Positions 43,117 to 54,651 of a DNA stretch of 64,000 bases are shown here, piece by piece (the stretch's first letter is position 1; the number at the start of each line of letters is the position of its first letter). The stretch is taken from sequence record HM035025. One strand, 5' to 3'. The stretch is from Shigella phage Shfl2. The notes below the pieces were generated by a model. That model saw only the letters and a program-made list of their open reading frames with translations, was not told the DNA's origin and did not search any database. The translations under genes were made by a program, and so were the position numbers.

Positions 43117-44034
43117 TCAAAATTCATTAATGCTATTAGTTAATTTAGAAAGACCCGCTTTTACAAAATATGAATAAATTTTGCCACGCGGTGGTAATTT
43201 ATATGAATTATAGTAATTCACAATGTTTGAAGCAATATTATCAGGAATATAATCAAAATCAATTAGAACTAAATTTTCTTTATAACGATTATATTCAGAT
43301 TCTGTGAGAAGCACCTTAGCTTGCTCACGGTCATTAGCAATAGCTTCAACGATTGAAGTTTTCATTGAAGGAGTTCGTTCACCTTCAACTTTGGTAAACC
43401 AAAAGTCAGATCGTACTTTAACTGAAGCAACGTTATCCTTTTTGTCGCCTTTAAGGATTTTAGTCATACAATCAATTTCAGCAGAACCGCTTTTAATTTT
43501 AACCCATTTCTTATGCATCGGCGACCATTGCTTAACATTTGGGTATTTGTGAAGCTGTGTAAAGTCACCATCCGATGAAATGATTAAAATCTTATGTCCT
43601 TCTAAAGAGAACTTTTTAACAAGAACAGCAATATGGTCATCTGCTTCATACTTATCAATATCCATAACAATGTATGGCATATAAGCTTTCAATTCATCTA
43701 TAACTTTATGACTGGATTCAAAATAACCTTCCCAATCCCAAGTAGATTCTTCTCGTGCTTTTCCACGGTTTTTCTTATAGTAATAAGCGAAATCACGACG
43801 CCAGTATCCAGATTTCGCGTTATCGATACACAGTACAATTTTAGTGTATCCAAGAGCTTTTGCTTTTTTGACATTAAACTTAATTGAGTTCAATATCAAA
43901 TGACGAACCATTGATAAATTAATTTTTTCTTTATCTGGGAAGTTTACTAGAGCAGTCGAAAGTGCAATTTGACTAAAGTCAATTAAGCAGATTCCTTCTT
44001 TGTAATCTTCATCCAGCATCATTTCTAAATCCAT
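43117..44034 (-). CDS. rnh: RNase H / 5'-3' exonuclease (FEN family)
   Basis: 305 aa from internal ATG (MDLEMMLDEDYKEG). Confidence 0.9.
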   Translation of the reverse strand: MDLEMMLDEDYKEGICLIDFSQIALSTALVNFPDKEKINLSMVRHLILNSIKFNVKKAKALGYTKIVLCIDNAKSGYWRRDFAYYYKKNRGKAREESTWDWEGYFESSHKVIDELKAYMPYIVMDIDKYEADDHIAVLVKKFSLEGHKILIISSDGDFTQLHKYPNVKQWSPMHKKWVKIKSGSAEIDCMTKILKGDKKDNVASVKVRSDFWFTKVEGERTPSMKTSIVEAIANDREQAKVLLTESEYNRYKENLVLIDFDYIPDNIASNIVNYYNSYKLPPRGKIYSYFVKAGLSKLTNSINEF

Positions 44035-44096
44035 ATGAACCTCGTTCAATTAGTGAGATTTCTATTATATACCATCCGAATCTTAAAGTAAACAAG

Positions 44097-44104
44097 TATA
44101 AATA
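44097..44104 (+). promoter_or_regulatory. Late promoter TATAAATA for gene 34
   Basis: Exact TATAAATA 35 nt upstream of gp34 ATG. Confidence 0.6.
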
Positions 44105-44138
44105 CTTATTATTGAAAACACAATAGGAGCCCGGGAGA

Positions 44139-47100
44139 ATGGCCGAGATTAAAAGAAAGTTCAGAGCAGAAGATGGTCTGGACGCAGGTGGTGATAAAAT
44201 AATCAACGTAGCTTTAGCTGATCGTACCGTAGGAACTGACGGTGTTAACGTTGATTATCTAATTCAAGAAAACACAGTTCAACAATACGATCCAACTCGT
44301 GGATATTTAAAAGATTTTGTAATCATTTATGATAACCGCTTTTGGGCTGCTATAAATGATATTCCAAAACCGGCAGGAGCTTTTAATAGCGGACGCTGGA
44401 GAGCATTACGTACCGATGCTAACTGGATTACAGTTTCATCCGGTTCATATCAATTAAAATCCGGTGAAGCTATTTCGGTTAACACTGCAGCTGGTAATGA
44501 TATTACATTTACTTTACCATCTACTCCAATTGACGGTGATACTATCGTTCTCCAAGACATTGGAGGAAAACCTGGAGTTAACCAAGTTTTAATTGTAGCT
44601 CCAGTGCAAAGTATTGTAAACTTCAGAGGCGAGCAAGTACGTTCAGTACTAATGACTCATCCAAAGTCACAGCTAGTTTTAATTTTTAGTAATCGTCTGT
44701 GGCAAATGTATGTTGCTGATTATAGCAGAGAAGCTGTAGTTGTAACACCAGCGAATACTTATCAAGCACAATCAAACGATTTTATCGTACGTAGATTTAC
44801 TTCTGCTGCACCAATTAATGTTAAACTTCCAAGATTTGCTAATCATGGCGATATTATTAATTTCGTTGATTTAGATAAACTGAACCCACTTTATCATACA
44901 ATTGTTACTACATACGATGAAACGACTTCAGTGCAAGAAGTTGGAACTCATTCCATTGAAGTCCGTACATCGATTGACGGTTTCTTGATGTTTGATGATA
45001 ATGAGAAATTGTGGAGATTGTTTGACGGGGATAGTAAAGCACGTTTACGCATTATAACGACTAATTCTAATATTCGTCCAAACGAAGAAGTTATGGTATT
45101 TGGTGCGAATAACGGAACAACTCAAACAATTGAGCTTCAGCTTCCAACTAATATTTCTGTTGGTGATACTGTTAAAATTTCCATGAATTACATGAGAAAA
45201 GGACAAACAGTTAAAATCAAAGCTGCGGGCGAAGATAAAATTGCTTCTTCAGTTCAATTGCTGCAATTCCCAAAACGTTCAGAGTATCCACCTGAAGCTG
45301 AATGGGTGACTGTCCAAGAATTAGTTTTTAACGGTGAAACTAATTATGTTCCAGTTTTACAACTTGCTTATATAGAAGATTCTGATGGAAAATACTGGGT
45401 TGTACAACAAAACGTTCCAACTGTAGAAAGAGTTGATTCTTTAAATGATTCTACTAGAGCAAGATTAGGCGTGATTGCTTTAGCTACACAAGCGCAAGCT
45501 AATGTCGATTTAGAAAATTCTCCGCAAAAAGAATTAGCAATTACTCCAGAAACATTAGCTAACCGTACTGCTACAGAAACTCGTAGAGGTATCGCAAGAA
45601 TAGCAACTACTGCTCAAGTAAATCAGAACACCACATTCTCTTTTGCTGATGATATTATCATCACTCCTAAAAAGCTGAATGAAAGAACTGCTACAGAAAC
45701 TCGTAGAGGTGTTGCTGAAATTGCTACGCAGCAAGAAACTAATGCAGGTACTGATGATACTACAATCATCACTCCTAAAAAGCTTCAAGCTCGTCAAGGT
45801 TCTGAGTCATTATCTGGTATTGTAACCTTTGTATCTACCGCAGGAGCTACTCCAGCTTCTAGTCGTGAATTAAATGGTACAAACGTTTATAATAAAAACA
45901 CTAATAATTTAGTTGTTTCGCCTAAAGCTCTGGATCAGTATAAAGCTACTCCAACACAACAAGGTGCAGTAATTTTAGCAGTTGAAAGTGAAGTAATTGC
46001 TGGACAGAGCCAAGAAGGATGGGCAAATGCGGTTGTAACGCCAGAAACGTTACATAAAAAGACATCAACTGATGCAAGAATTGGTTTAATTGAAATTGCT
46101 ACACAAAGTGAAGTTAATACAGGAACTGATTATACTCGTGCAGTCACTCCTAAAACTTTAAATGACCGTAAAGCAACTGAAAGTTTAAGTGGTATAGCTG
46201 AAATTGCTACACAAGTTGAATTCGACGCAGGCGTCGACGATACTCGTATTTCTACACCATTAAAAATTAAAACTAGATTTGATAGTACTGATCGTACTTC
46301 TGTTGTTGCTCTATCTGGATTAGTTGAATCAGGAACTCTCTGGGACCATTATACCCTTAATATTCTTGAAGCAAATGAGACACAGCGTGGTACACTTCGT
46401 GTAGCTACACAAGTTGAAGCTGCTGCAGGAACATTAGATAATGTTTTAATAACTCCTAAAAAGCTTTTAGGTACTAAATCTACTGAAGCACAGGAAGGTG
46501 TTATTAAAGTTGCAACCCAGTCTGAAACTGTGACTGGAACGTCAGCAAATACTGCTGTATCTCCAAAAAATTTAAAATGGATTGTGCAGAGTGAACCTAC
46601 TTGGGCAGCTACTACTGCAATAAGAGGCTTTGTTAAAACTTCATCTGGTTCAATTACATTCGTTGGTAATGATACAGTTGGTTCAACACAGTCGTTAGAA
46701 TTATACGAGAAAAATAGCTATGCAGTATCACCATATGAATTAAACCGCGTATTAGCAAATTATTTACCGTTAAAAGCAAAAGCTGCTGATACAAATTTAT
46801 TGGATGGTCTAGATTCATCTCAGTTCATTCGTAGGGACATTGCGCAGACAGTTAATGGTTCACTAACCTTAACCCAACAAACGAATCTGAGTGCCCCTCT
46901 TGTATCATCTAGTACTGCTACATTTGGTGGTTCAGTTTCGGCAAATAGTACATTAACTATTTCTAATACTGGAACGGCAACTCGTCTGATTTTTGAGAAA
47001 GGACCTCAAACTGGAACTAACCCAGCACAGACGATGACTATCAGAGTTTGGGGAAATCAGTTTGGTGGCGGTTCAGATACAACACGTTCTACTGTATTTG

Positions 47101-48008
47101 AAGTTGGTGATGAAACGTCTAATCACTTTTATTCTCAACGTAATAAAGCTGGGAATATAACGTTTAGTATCAATGGTACTGTGATGCCGATAAATGTTAA
47201 TGCTTCGGGTTCTTTGAACGCGAACGGCGTTGCAACATTTGGTAGTTCAGTTACTGCTAATGGTGAATTCATCAGCAAGTCTGCAAATGCTTTTAGAGCA
47301 ATAAGTGGTAATTATGGATTCTTTATTCGCAATGATGCCGCTAATACCTATTTTATGCTCACTGCATCCGGTGATCAGACTGGCGGATTTAATGGATTAC
47401 GTCCTTTGGCTATTAATAATGCATCTGGCCAAGTAACGATTGGTGAAGGCTTAATCATTGCCAAAGGTGCTACTATAAATTCAGGTGGTTTAACTGTTAA
47501 CTCGAGAATTCGTTCTCAGGGTACTAAAACATCTGATTTATATACTCGTGCTCCTACTGCTGATACAGTCGGATTCTGGTCAATTGATATTAACGATTCA
47601 GCCACTTATAACCAATTTCCGGGTTATTTTAAAATGGTTGAAAAAACTAATGAAGTGACTGGGCTTCCATACTTAGAACGTGGCGAAGAAGTTAAATCTC
47701 CTGGTACACTGACTCAGTTTGGTAACACACTTGATTCGCTTTACCAAGATTGGATTACTTATCCAACAACTCCAGAAGCGCGTACCACTCGTTGGACTCG
47801 CACATGGCAGAAAACCAAAAATTCTTGGTCAAGTTTTGTTCAGGTATTTGATGGAGGTAACCCTCCTCAACCATCTGATATCGGTGCTTTACCATCTGAT
47901 AATGCTACAATGGGGAATCTTACTATTCGTGATTTCTTACGAATTGGTAATGTTCGCATTATTCCTGACCCAGTGAATAAAACGGTTAAATTTGAATGGG
48001 TTGAATAA
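44139..48008 (+). CDS. 34: Long tail fibre proximal subunit gp34
   Basis: 1289 aa as in T4; internal repeated modules of the type TATETRRGxAxIAT. Confidence 0.95.
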   Translation: MAEIKRKFRAEDGLDAGGDKIINVALADRTVGTDGVNVDYLIQENTVQQYDPTRGYLKDFVIIYDNRFWAAINDIPKPAGAFNSGRWRALRTDANWITVSSGSYQLKSGEAISVNTAAGNDITFTLPSTPIDGDTIVLQDIGGKPGVNQVLIVAPVQSIVNFRGEQVRSVLMTHPKSQLVLIFSNRLWQMYVADYSREAVVVTPANTYQAQSNDFIVRRFTSAAPINVKLPRFANHGDIINFVDLDKLNPLYHTIVTTYDETTSVQEVGTHSIEVRTSIDGFLMFDDNEKLWRLFDGDSKARLRIITTNSNIRPNEEVMVFGANNGTTQTIELQLPTNISVGDTVKISMNYMRKGQTVKIKAAGEDKIASSVQLLQFPKRSEYPPEAEWVTVQELVFNGETNYVPVLQLAYIEDSDGKYWVVQQNVPTVERVDSLNDSTRARLGVIALATQAQANVDLENSPQKELAITPETLANRTATETRRGIARIATTAQVNQNTTFSFADDIIITPKKLNERTATETRRGVAEIATQQETNAGTDDTTIITPKKLQARQGSESLSGIVTFVSTAGATPASSRELNGTNVYNKNTNNLVVSPKALDQYKATPTQQGAVILAVESEVIAGQSQEGWANAVVTPETLHKKTSTDARIGLIEIATQSEVNTGTDYTRAVTPKTLNDRKATESLSGIAEIATQVEFDAGVDDTRISTPLKIKTRFDSTDRTSVVALSGLVESGTLWDHYTLNILEANETQRGTLRVATQVEAAAGTLDNVLITPKKLLGTKSTEAQEGVIKVATQSETVTGTSANTAVSPKNLKWIVQSEPTWAATTAIRGFVKTSSGSITFVGNDTVGSTQSLELYEKNSYAVSPYELNRVLANYLPLKAKAADTNLLDGLDSSQFIRRDIAQTVNGSLTLTQQTNLSAPLVSSSTATFGGSVSANSTLTISNTGTATRLIFEKGPQTGTNPAQTMTIRVWGNQFGGGSDTTRSTVFEVGDETSNHFYSQRNKAGNITFSINGTVMPINVNASGSLNANGVATFGSSVTANGEFISKSANAFRAISGNYGFFIRNDAANTYFMLTASGDQTGGFNGLRPLAINNASGQVTIGEGLIIAKGATINSGGLTVNSRIRSQGTKTSDLYTRAPTADTVGFWSIDINDSATYNQFPGYFKMVEKTNEVTGLPYLERGEEVKSPGTLTQFGNTLDSLYQDWITYPTTPEARTTRWTRTWQKTKNSWSSFVQVFDGGNPPQPSDIGALPSDNATMGNLTIRDFLRIGNVRIIPDPVNKTVKFEWVE

Positions 48009-48016
48009 GAGGTATT

Positions 48017-49132
48017 ATGGAAAAATTTATGGCAGAGTTTGGACAAGGATATGTCCAAACGCCATTTTTATCGGAAAGTAATTCAGTAAGATATAAAATA
48101 AGCATAGCGGGTTCTTGCCCGCTTTCTACTGCAGGACCATACGTTAAATTTCAGGATAATCCAATTGGAAGTCAAACATTTAGTGCAGGTCTTCATTTAA
48201 GAGTTTTTGACCCTTCCACGGGAGCATTAGTTGATAGTAAGTCATATGCTTTTTCGACTTCAAATGATACAACATCTGCTGCTTTTGTTAGTTTCATGAA
48301 TTCTTTGACGAATAATCGAATTGTTGCTATATTAACTAGTGGAAAGGTTAATTTTCCTCCTGAAGTAGTATCTTGGTTAAGAACAGCAGGAACGTCTGCC
48401 TTTCCATCTGACTCTATATTGTCAAGATTTGACGTATCATATGCTGCTTTTTATACTTCTTCTAAAAGAGCTATTGCATTAGAGCATGTTAAACTGAGTA
48501 ATAGAAAAAGCACAGATGATTATCAAACTATTTTAGATGTTGTATTTGACAGTTTAGAAGATGTAGGAGCTACCGGGTTTCCAAGAAGAACGTATGAAAG
48601 TGTTGAGCAATTTATGTCAGCCGTTGGTGGAACTAATAACGAAATTGCGCGTCTACCAACTTCAGCTGCTATAAGTAAATTATCTGATTATAATTTAATT
48701 CCTGGCGATGTTCTTTATCTTAAAGCTCAGTTATATGCTGACACAGATTTATTAGCATTGGGAACTACTAATATTTCAATTCGTTTTTATAACGCATCTA
48801 ACGCATATATTTCTTCAACACAGGCTGAGTTTACTGGACAAGCTGGGTCTTGGGAATTAAAAGAAGATTATGTAGTTGTTCCTGAAAATGCTGTAGGATT
48901 TACGATATATGCACAAAGAACTGCACAAGCTGGCCAAGGTGGCATGAGAAATTTAAGCTTTTCTGAAGTATCAAGAAATGGCGGCATTTCAAAACCCGCT
49001 GAATTTGGCGTCAATGGTATTCGTGTTAATTATATTTGTGAATCTGCTTCACCTCCGGATATAATGGTACTTCCTACGCAAGCATCGTCTAAAACTGGTA
49101 AAGTGTTTGGGCAAGAATTTAGAGAAGTATAA
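48017..49132 (+). CDS. 35: Long tail fibre hinge gp35
   Basis: 371 aa. Confidence 0.9.
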   Translation: MEKFMAEFGQGYVQTPFLSESNSVRYKISIAGSCPLSTAGPYVKFQDNPIGSQTFSAGLHLRVFDPSTGALVDSKSYAFSTSNDTTSAAFVSFMNSLTNNRIVAILTSGKVNFPPEVVSWLRTAGTSAFPSDSILSRFDVSYAAFYTSSKRAIALEHVKLSNRKSTDDYQTILDVVFDSLEDVGATGFPRRTYESVEQFMSAVGGTNNEIARLPTSAAISKLSDYNLIPGDVLYLKAQLYADTDLLALGTTNISIRFYNASNAYISSTQAEFTGQAGSWELKEDYVVVPENAVGFTIYAQRTAQAGQGGMRNLSFSEVSRNGGISKPAEFGVNGIRVNYICESASPPDIMVLPTQASSKTGKVFGQEFREV

Positions 49133-49137
49133 ATTGA

Positions 49138-49163
49138 GGGAGCCTTTGGGTTCCCTTTTTCTT
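49138..49163 (+). terminator. Hairpin/terminator after gene 35
   Basis: Imperfect GC hairpin followed by UUUUUCUUU. Confidence 0.5.
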
Positions 49164-49171
49164 TATAAATA
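49164..49171 (+). promoter_or_regulatory. Late promoter TATAAATA for gene 36
   Basis: Exact TATAAATA 24 nt upstream of gp36 ATG. Confidence 0.6.
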
Positions 49172-49194
49172 CTATTAAAATAAAGGGGCATACA

Positions 49195-49854
49195 ATGGCT
49201 GATTTAAAAGTAGGTTCAACAACCGGAGGCTCTGTCATTTGGCATCAAGGAAATTTTCCATTGAATCCAGCCGGTGACGATGTACTCTATAAATCATTTA
49301 AAATATATTCAGAATATAATAAACCACAAGCTGCTGATAACGATTTCGTTTCTAAAGCTAATGGCGGTATTTATCTAAACCGAGTTACCTTTAATCAGGG
49401 TATTCAAGTCCCGGGAGCTGGCAATGGTCTGACCGGGATGTTTGTTGGGCCAGGTGATGGAGCAACTTATGATAATGTTAACCTTGATATAATATCTTGG
49501 TATGGTATCGGATTTAAATCATCTCAAGGAACAGGACCTAGGACAATTGTTTTTAACGTTCGTGACGGTGAAATTTCGGCCCGTGGTAATATAAATTCAC
49601 AGCGTCAGGTGCGAGCCGAAGCCGCAGCGCCCATTGCCGCAAATGACCTTACTAGAAAGGACTATGTTGATGGAGCAATAAATACTGTTACGGCAAATGC
49701 GAACTCTAGAGTGTTACGATCTGGCGACACTATGACGGGTAACTTAACCGCACCAAACTTTTTTTCGCAGAATCCTGCATCTCAACCTTCACACGTTCCG
49801 CGATTTGACCAAATCGTAATTAAGGATTCTGTTCAAGATTTCGGCTATTATTAA
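49195..49854 (+). CDS. 36: Long tail fibre distal connector gp36
   Basis: 219 aa. Confidence 0.85.
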   Translation: MADLKVGSTTGGSVIWHQGNFPLNPAGDDVLYKSFKIYSEYNKPQAADNDFVSKANGGIYLNRVTFNQGIQVPGAGNGLTGMFVGPGDGATYDNVNLDIISWYGIGFKSSQGTGPRTIVFNVRDGEISARGNINSQRQVRAEAAAPIAANDLTRKDYVDGAINTVTANANSRVLRSGDTMTGNLTAPNFFSQNPASQPSHVPRFDQIVIKDSVQDFGYY

Positions 49855-49862
49855 GAGGACTT

Positions 49863-52800
49863 ATGGCTACTTTAAAACAAATACAATTTAAAAGAAGCAA
49901 AACCGCAGGTGCACGTCCTGCTGCTTCAGTATTAGCCGAAGGTGAATTGGCTATAAACTTAAAAGATAGAACAATTTTTACTAAAGATGATTCAGGAAAT
50001 ATCATTGATTTAGGTATTGCTAAAGGCGGTCAAATTGATGGAAATGTGACTATTGATGGAACTTTACGCGTCAATGGACCAATAAACAACTTTGGAAATT
50101 TTTCTACAAGTGGTACTATTACGGCAAGTAATATTGTTTCTGCTACAGTATTCAGATCAACATCCGGTTCATTTTATACAAGAGCAATAAATGATACTGC
50201 AAATGCCCATCTTTGGTTTGAAAATACAAATGGCTCAGAACGTGGCGTTTTATATTCAAAACCACAGTCTGAAAATGAAGGCGTAATTACAATGCGCGTT
50301 CGTCAAGGAACCGCAGCAGGGGCTCAAAATTCAGAATTTCATTTCATTTCTACTGATGGCGGTATCTTCCAGGCACGCAAATTAACTGCTTTAACTTCTA
50401 TTAGTACACCAACTATTAGTGTTAATTTAATTAATCACGATTCTAAAGCCTTTGGACAATATGATTCACAGTCATTAGTTCAGTATGTTTATCCTGGAAC
50501 AGGTGAAACAAATGGCGTAAACTATCTTCGTAAAGTTCGTGCTAAATCAGGTGGCACTATGTGGCATGAGCTTTGTACTGCTCAGACTGGCCAGGCTGAT
50601 GAAATGTCATGGTGGACCGGTAATACTCCTCAGTCTAAACAATACGGTATTCGTAATGACGGACGAATGGCTGGACGTAATAGCCTTGCATTAGGTACAT
50701 TCACTACAAATTTCCCGTCTAGTGATTATGGCAACGTCGGTGTAATGGGCGATAAGTATCTTGTTCTCGGTGACACTGTAACTGGCTTGTCATACAAAAA
50801 AACTGGTGTATTTGATCTAGTTGGCGGTGGATATTCTGTTGCTTCTATTACTCCTGACGGTTTCCGTAGTACTCGTAAAGGTATATTTGGTCGTTCCGAG
50901 GACCAAGGCACCACATGGATTATGCCTGGCACTAATGCCGCTTTCTTGTCTGTTCAAACGCAAGCTGATAATAACAATGCTGGAGACGGCCAGACGCATA
51001 TTGGGTACAATGCTGGCGGTAAAATGAGTCATTATTTCCGCGGTAAAGGCAAAACTAATATTAATACTCAGGAAGGTGTAGACGTTAACCCAGGTATATT
51101 GAAGTTAACCACCGGCGGTGAAAGTATTAGCTTTAATGCCGCAACTGGAAGTATTAATTCTACATTAGCTTTTCGTCTTAATAAAGGCATAATTATTGAT
51201 GGACCTGATAATCAGGGATTCCAGTTTAACGCCCCGACGGCTGCAGATGGTACTAGAAGTATATACTGGAACAGTGGTACTCGCGCAGGTCAAAACAAAA
51301 GCCCTGTTACAGTTAAAGTGTGGGGTAATTCATTTAACACATCTGGCGATCGTGCTCGTGAAACGGTTTTTGAAGTAGCTGATGGACAAGGTTACCATTT
51401 TTATTCTCAACGCGTAGCTCCTGCACCTGGTTCGACTGTCGGGCCTATTCAACTCCGAGTTAATGGTGGTTTATTAACTTCAGGTAGTATTGTTACTTCT
51501 GGTTCTATTACAACCGAATCAAGCTTAGTTGCAAATAATGGATTGTCTGTAAATGGACAAGCTAAATTTGGCGGAACAGCAAACGCACTAAGAATTTGGA
51601 ACGCTGAATATGGTGCTATTTTCCGTCGTTCAGAAAGTAACTTTTATATTATTCCAACCAATCAAAATGAAGGCGAAAGTGGAGACATTCACAGCTCTTT
51701 GAGACCTGTGAGAATAGGATTAAACGATGGCATGGTTGGGTTAGGAAGAGATTCTTTTATAGTAGATCAAAATAATGCTTTAACTACTATAAACAGTAAC
51801 TCTCGCATTAATGCCAACTTTAGAATGCAATTAGGACAAAATGCTTATATAGATATTGAGGCTTCTGATGGAGTTCGTCCAACAGGTTGTGGTTCATTTG
51901 CATCTCAGAATGACGTAAACGTCAGAGCTCCAATTTATATGAATATAGAGCGTACTGCTACTTCTGAATACATTCCTATTGTTAAACAACGGTATGTAAA
52001 GGGTGATAGTACTTATTCTATTGGCACCTTAATTTCTCAAGGAGACTTCCGCGTCCATTATCACCAGGGTACTAGTACTACCGGCACTGATTTAAGTTGG
52101 GAATTCCGTCGCACAGGCGATTTCCGCGCGGCAGGTAAAATTATTGCTGGTGCTGCTACTCTTGGCACTGATGGTAATATTACTGGCGGTTCTGGTAACT
52201 TTGCTAACCTGAATACCACATTAAATCGTAAGGTAAATTCCGGATTTGTAACATACGGTGCAACGGCCGGATGGTACAAATTCGCTACAGTAACGATGCC
52301 ACAATCCACTTCTACGGTCTTCTTTAAAATAGCCGGTGGTTCTGGATTTAATAGCGGATTATTCACACAATGCAATATTGCTGAAATTGTTTTACGTACT
52401 AGTAATGAAAGACCTGCTGACTTAAATGCTGTATTATATACAAGAACATCTGGACTGTATAGCGCAGCATTTAGAAATATTGCAGTTAACAATGTCTCTG
52501 GAAATACATATGACATTTATGTTTATGCTGGAACATATTGTAATCAACTAGCGTGTGAATGGTCATGTACCGAAAATGCTACTGTTAGCGTTATTGGTAT
52601 TAACTCATCTACACAATCACCTATAGATGCTCTTCCAGATACAGCAGTTAACGGTCAAGTTGCTAATGTTCTTAATAACTTGGTTGATCGTGGTAAAGCA
52701 AAACGTTATGTAGCAGAATCTGAAATTGCTATTAATAACCAAACGGGTCTTCGTATTACGAGTAATTCTGATAGATCAGGTTCTAATTCCGTTTTATTTC

Positions 52801-53798
52801 GAAATGACGGTGGAAGCTTCTATATTTTACTGACTGACAAAAACTCTTCAGACGGCGATAATAAAGCAACTGAAGGCGATTGGAATGGAAAACGACCGTT
52901 TTCAATCGATATGACTGCTGGTACTGTTCGTCTTGGCGAAAATACTTCTTTTGATAAAGATATTACTATTAATGGAAACATTAATTCACGAGTTAAAGCT
53001 GCCGGACAATGGAGTGTTAGCTTTTCTGCTATTTCAGATGTGACTCGCGACAATTCTGCATTCTTAGCGAATACGGGTGGCATTTCCAAGACAAGTCAAG
53101 CTTATTACCCGCTATTTTCTGGATACAGTTTTTTAACTGACGCGGGTTATCTTCAATCGTTTGAGTTTGGATGGTTAGGTGTTTCTGGTACTTGGCGCCA
53201 AGGCATTATTCGCATGCGTGGTGACAACCCATCGGGGCAACAGGCTCGTTGGACTTTTGATATGGACGGAACATTTTATGCTCCTATACTATCATGCGGA
53301 TCTGCGAGAGCATTCGGTGTCAATACATCAAATGGTCTCGGTGGAAATAGTATAACATTTGGTGATAGCGATACTGGTATTAAGCAAAATGGCGATGGAT
53401 TATTAGACATATATGCGAACAACGTACAAGTATTCCGTTTCCAAAACGGTGATTTGTACTCATACAAAAATATAAATGCTCCAAACGTTTATATTCGTTC
53501 TGATATTCGTTTAAAATCCAACTTTAAACCTATCGAAAATGCACTTGATAAAGTTGAAAAACTTAACGGTGTCATTTACGATAAAGCTGAATACATCGGT
53601 GGAGAGGCAATTGAAACTGAAGCGGGTATTGTGGCTCAAACGTTACAAGACGTTTTACCAGAAGCTGTCCGTGAAACAGAAGACAGCAAGGGTAATAAAA
53701 TACTCACTGTTTCTTCTCAAGCCCAGATTGCTCTTCTGGTTGAAGCTGTGAAAACACTTTCTTCTCGTGTAAAAGAACTTGAATCTAAACTTATGTAA
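49863..53798 (+). CDS. 37: Long tail fibre distal subunit gp37, T2-type with C-terminal intramolecular chaperone-like domain
   Basis: 1311 aa (T4 is 1026); C-terminal about 110 aa helical/coiled segment ending ...LESKLM. Confidence 0.9.
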   Translation: MATLKQIQFKRSKTAGARPAASVLAEGELAINLKDRTIFTKDDSGNIIDLGIAKGGQIDGNVTIDGTLRVNGPINNFGNFSTSGTITASNIVSATVFRSTSGSFYTRAINDTANAHLWFENTNGSERGVLYSKPQSENEGVITMRVRQGTAAGAQNSEFHFISTDGGIFQARKLTALTSISTPTISVNLINHDSKAFGQYDSQSLVQYVYPGTGETNGVNYLRKVRAKSGGTMWHELCTAQTGQADEMSWWTGNTPQSKQYGIRNDGRMAGRNSLALGTFTTNFPSSDYGNVGVMGDKYLVLGDTVTGLSYKKTGVFDLVGGGYSVASITPDGFRSTRKGIFGRSEDQGTTWIMPGTNAAFLSVQTQADNNNAGDGQTHIGYNAGGKMSHYFRGKGKTNINTQEGVDVNPGILKLTTGGESISFNAATGSINSTLAFRLNKGIIIDGPDNQGFQFNAPTAADGTRSIYWNSGTRAGQNKSPVTVKVWGNSFNTSGDRARETVFEVADGQGYHFYSQRVAPAPGSTVGPIQLRVNGGLLTSGSIVTSGSITTESSLVANNGLSVNGQAKFGGTANALRIWNAEYGAIFRRSESNFYIIPTNQNEGESGDIHSSLRPVRIGLNDGMVGLGRDSFIVDQNNALTTINSNSRINANFRMQLGQNAYIDIEASDGVRPTGCGSFASQNDVNVRAPIYMNIERTATSEYIPIVKQRYVKGDSTYSIGTLISQGDFRVHYHQGTSTTGTDLSWEFRRTGDFRAAGKIIAGAATLGTDGNITGGSGNFANLNTTLNRKVNSGFVTYGATAGWYKFATVTMPQSTSTVFFKIAGGSGFNSGLFTQCNIAEIVLRTSNERPADLNAVLYTRTSGLYSAAFRNIAVNNVSGNTYDIYVYAGTYCNQLACEWSCTENATVSVIGINSSTQSPIDALPDTAVNGQVANVLNNLVDRGKAKRYVAESEIAINNQTGLRITSNSDRSGSNSVLFRNDGGSFYILLTDKNSSDGDNKATEGDWNGKRPFSIDMTAGTVRLGENTSFDKDITINGNINSRVKAAGQWSVSFSAISDVTRDNSAFLANTGGISKTSQAYYPLFSGYSFLTDAGYLQSFEFGWLGVSGTWRQGIIRMRGDNPSGQQARWTFDMDGTFYAPILSCGSARAFGVNTSNGLGGNSITFGDSDTGIKQNGDGLLDIYANNVQVFRFQNGDLYSYKNINAPNVYIRSDIRLKSNFKPIENALDKVEKLNGVIYDKAEYIGGEAIETEAGIVAQTLQDVLPEAVRETEDSKGNKILTVSSQAQIALLVEAVKTLSSRVKELESKLM

Positions 53799-53827
53799 AA
53801 GAGGGCTTCGGCCCTCTAAGGATTTTT
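53799..53827 (+). terminator. Hairpin after gene 37
   Basis: AGAGGGC-UUCG-GCCCUCU hairpin followed by short T-run. Confidence 0.45.
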
Positions 53828-53828
53828 A

Positions 53829-54620
53829 ATGGCAATTGTAGGTGTTCCTGGCTGGATTGGTGAATCTGCCGTGAATGAAACAGGACAGCGTTGGATGGAT
53901 GCTGCAATGAGAGCAGTTCGTGTTTCAGTTCCCGGTTGGATGAGTTCAATGGCTGGGCAATCTAAAGAAGTATATTATAGCGTTGGTGCTAGCAATTCTT
54001 ACAATAAAGACACACTAATAAATTGGATAAAAGCCCAAGGCAGTACTCCTGTTGTTATTACTATTACAGGAAATATTGTTTCTCAATCTACTGGTGTTCC
54101 ATGCTTAGATTTTCCTAGCTCATTAACTAATGCGTATGTTACCTTAAATATTAATAGCGGGGTTCATGTATTAGGTCGGGGAGGAAATGGCGGAAGTAAC
54201 TCTGCTGGTGGAGCAGGAGGAACTGCAATAAATAACGGAATTGGAACTCGTTTAAGAATAAACAATAATGGTATTATTGGTGGTGGCGGCGGTGGCGGCG
54301 CAGGTGCTAGATACAATCCTTTCCCTCAAATGGATATGAAATTTGGCGGCGGAGGAGGTCGTCCATTTGGTGCTGCCGGTGCAGCCGGTGGCGGCGCAGC
54401 GGCAGCATCTGCCGGTACAATTTCTGCTCCTGGTAAAGGCACTGTTTCTGGTGTTCACCATGGAGGAGATGGTGGAGATTTGGGAGCTGCTGGCAAATCT
54501 TCATATATTCAAGGTGGTACTGGAGGAACTGTTCACTCGGGTGGTGCTGCGGGCAAAGCTGTTACTGGTAATGCTCCAACTTGGACTAAAGTTGGTACAA
54601 TATACGGTTCAAGAGTATAA
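53829..54620 (+). CDS. 38: T2-type receptor-binding tip adhesin gp38 with glycine-rich motifs
   Basis: 263 aa (T4-type gp38 is 183 aa); several poly-Gly islands (GGNGGSNSAGGAGG, GGGGGGGAGA, GGGGGRPFGAAGAAGGG). Confidence 0.85.
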   Translation: MAIVGVPGWIGESAVNETGQRWMDAAMRAVRVSVPGWMSSMAGQSKEVYYSVGASNSYNKDTLINWIKAQGSTPVVITITGNIVSQSTGVPCLDFPSSLTNAYVTLNINSGVHVLGRGGNGGSNSAGGAGGTAINNGIGTRLRINNNGIIGGGGGGGAGARYNPFPQMDMKFGGGGGRPFGAAGAAGGGAAAASAGTISAPGKGTVSGVHHGGDGGDLGAAGKSSYIQGGTGGTVHSGGAAGKAVTGNAPTWTKVGTIYGSRV

Positions 54621-54651
54621 TTTTGAATAAATATCCTTAAAAGGAGGGTCT

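Noticed and set aside
45555-45797. Antisense ORFs inside large structural genes (for example 45555-45797 in gene 34; 50726-51032 and 52061-52516 in gene 37; 12312-12494 and 13397-13705 in gene 29; 722-970 in gene 24)
   Set aside because: Fully embedded in long, well-supported genes on the other strand or frame, low-complexity composition, no ribosome-binding sites.
45480-46560. Repeated roughly 40-aa modules in gp34 (TATETRRGIARIAT..., ...GVAEIATQQETNAG..., ...GVIKVATQSETVTG...) as a possible mobile or duplicated element
   Set aside because: In-frame structural repeats of the fibre shaft inside a full-length 1289-aa gp34; not an independent element.
54252-54630. Three overlapping ORFs (54252-54461, 54307-54504, 54343-54630) within gene 38
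   Set aside because: Artefacts of the GC-rich glycine-codon runs (GGT/GGC repeats) in the gp38 adhesin; alternative frames of the same region.
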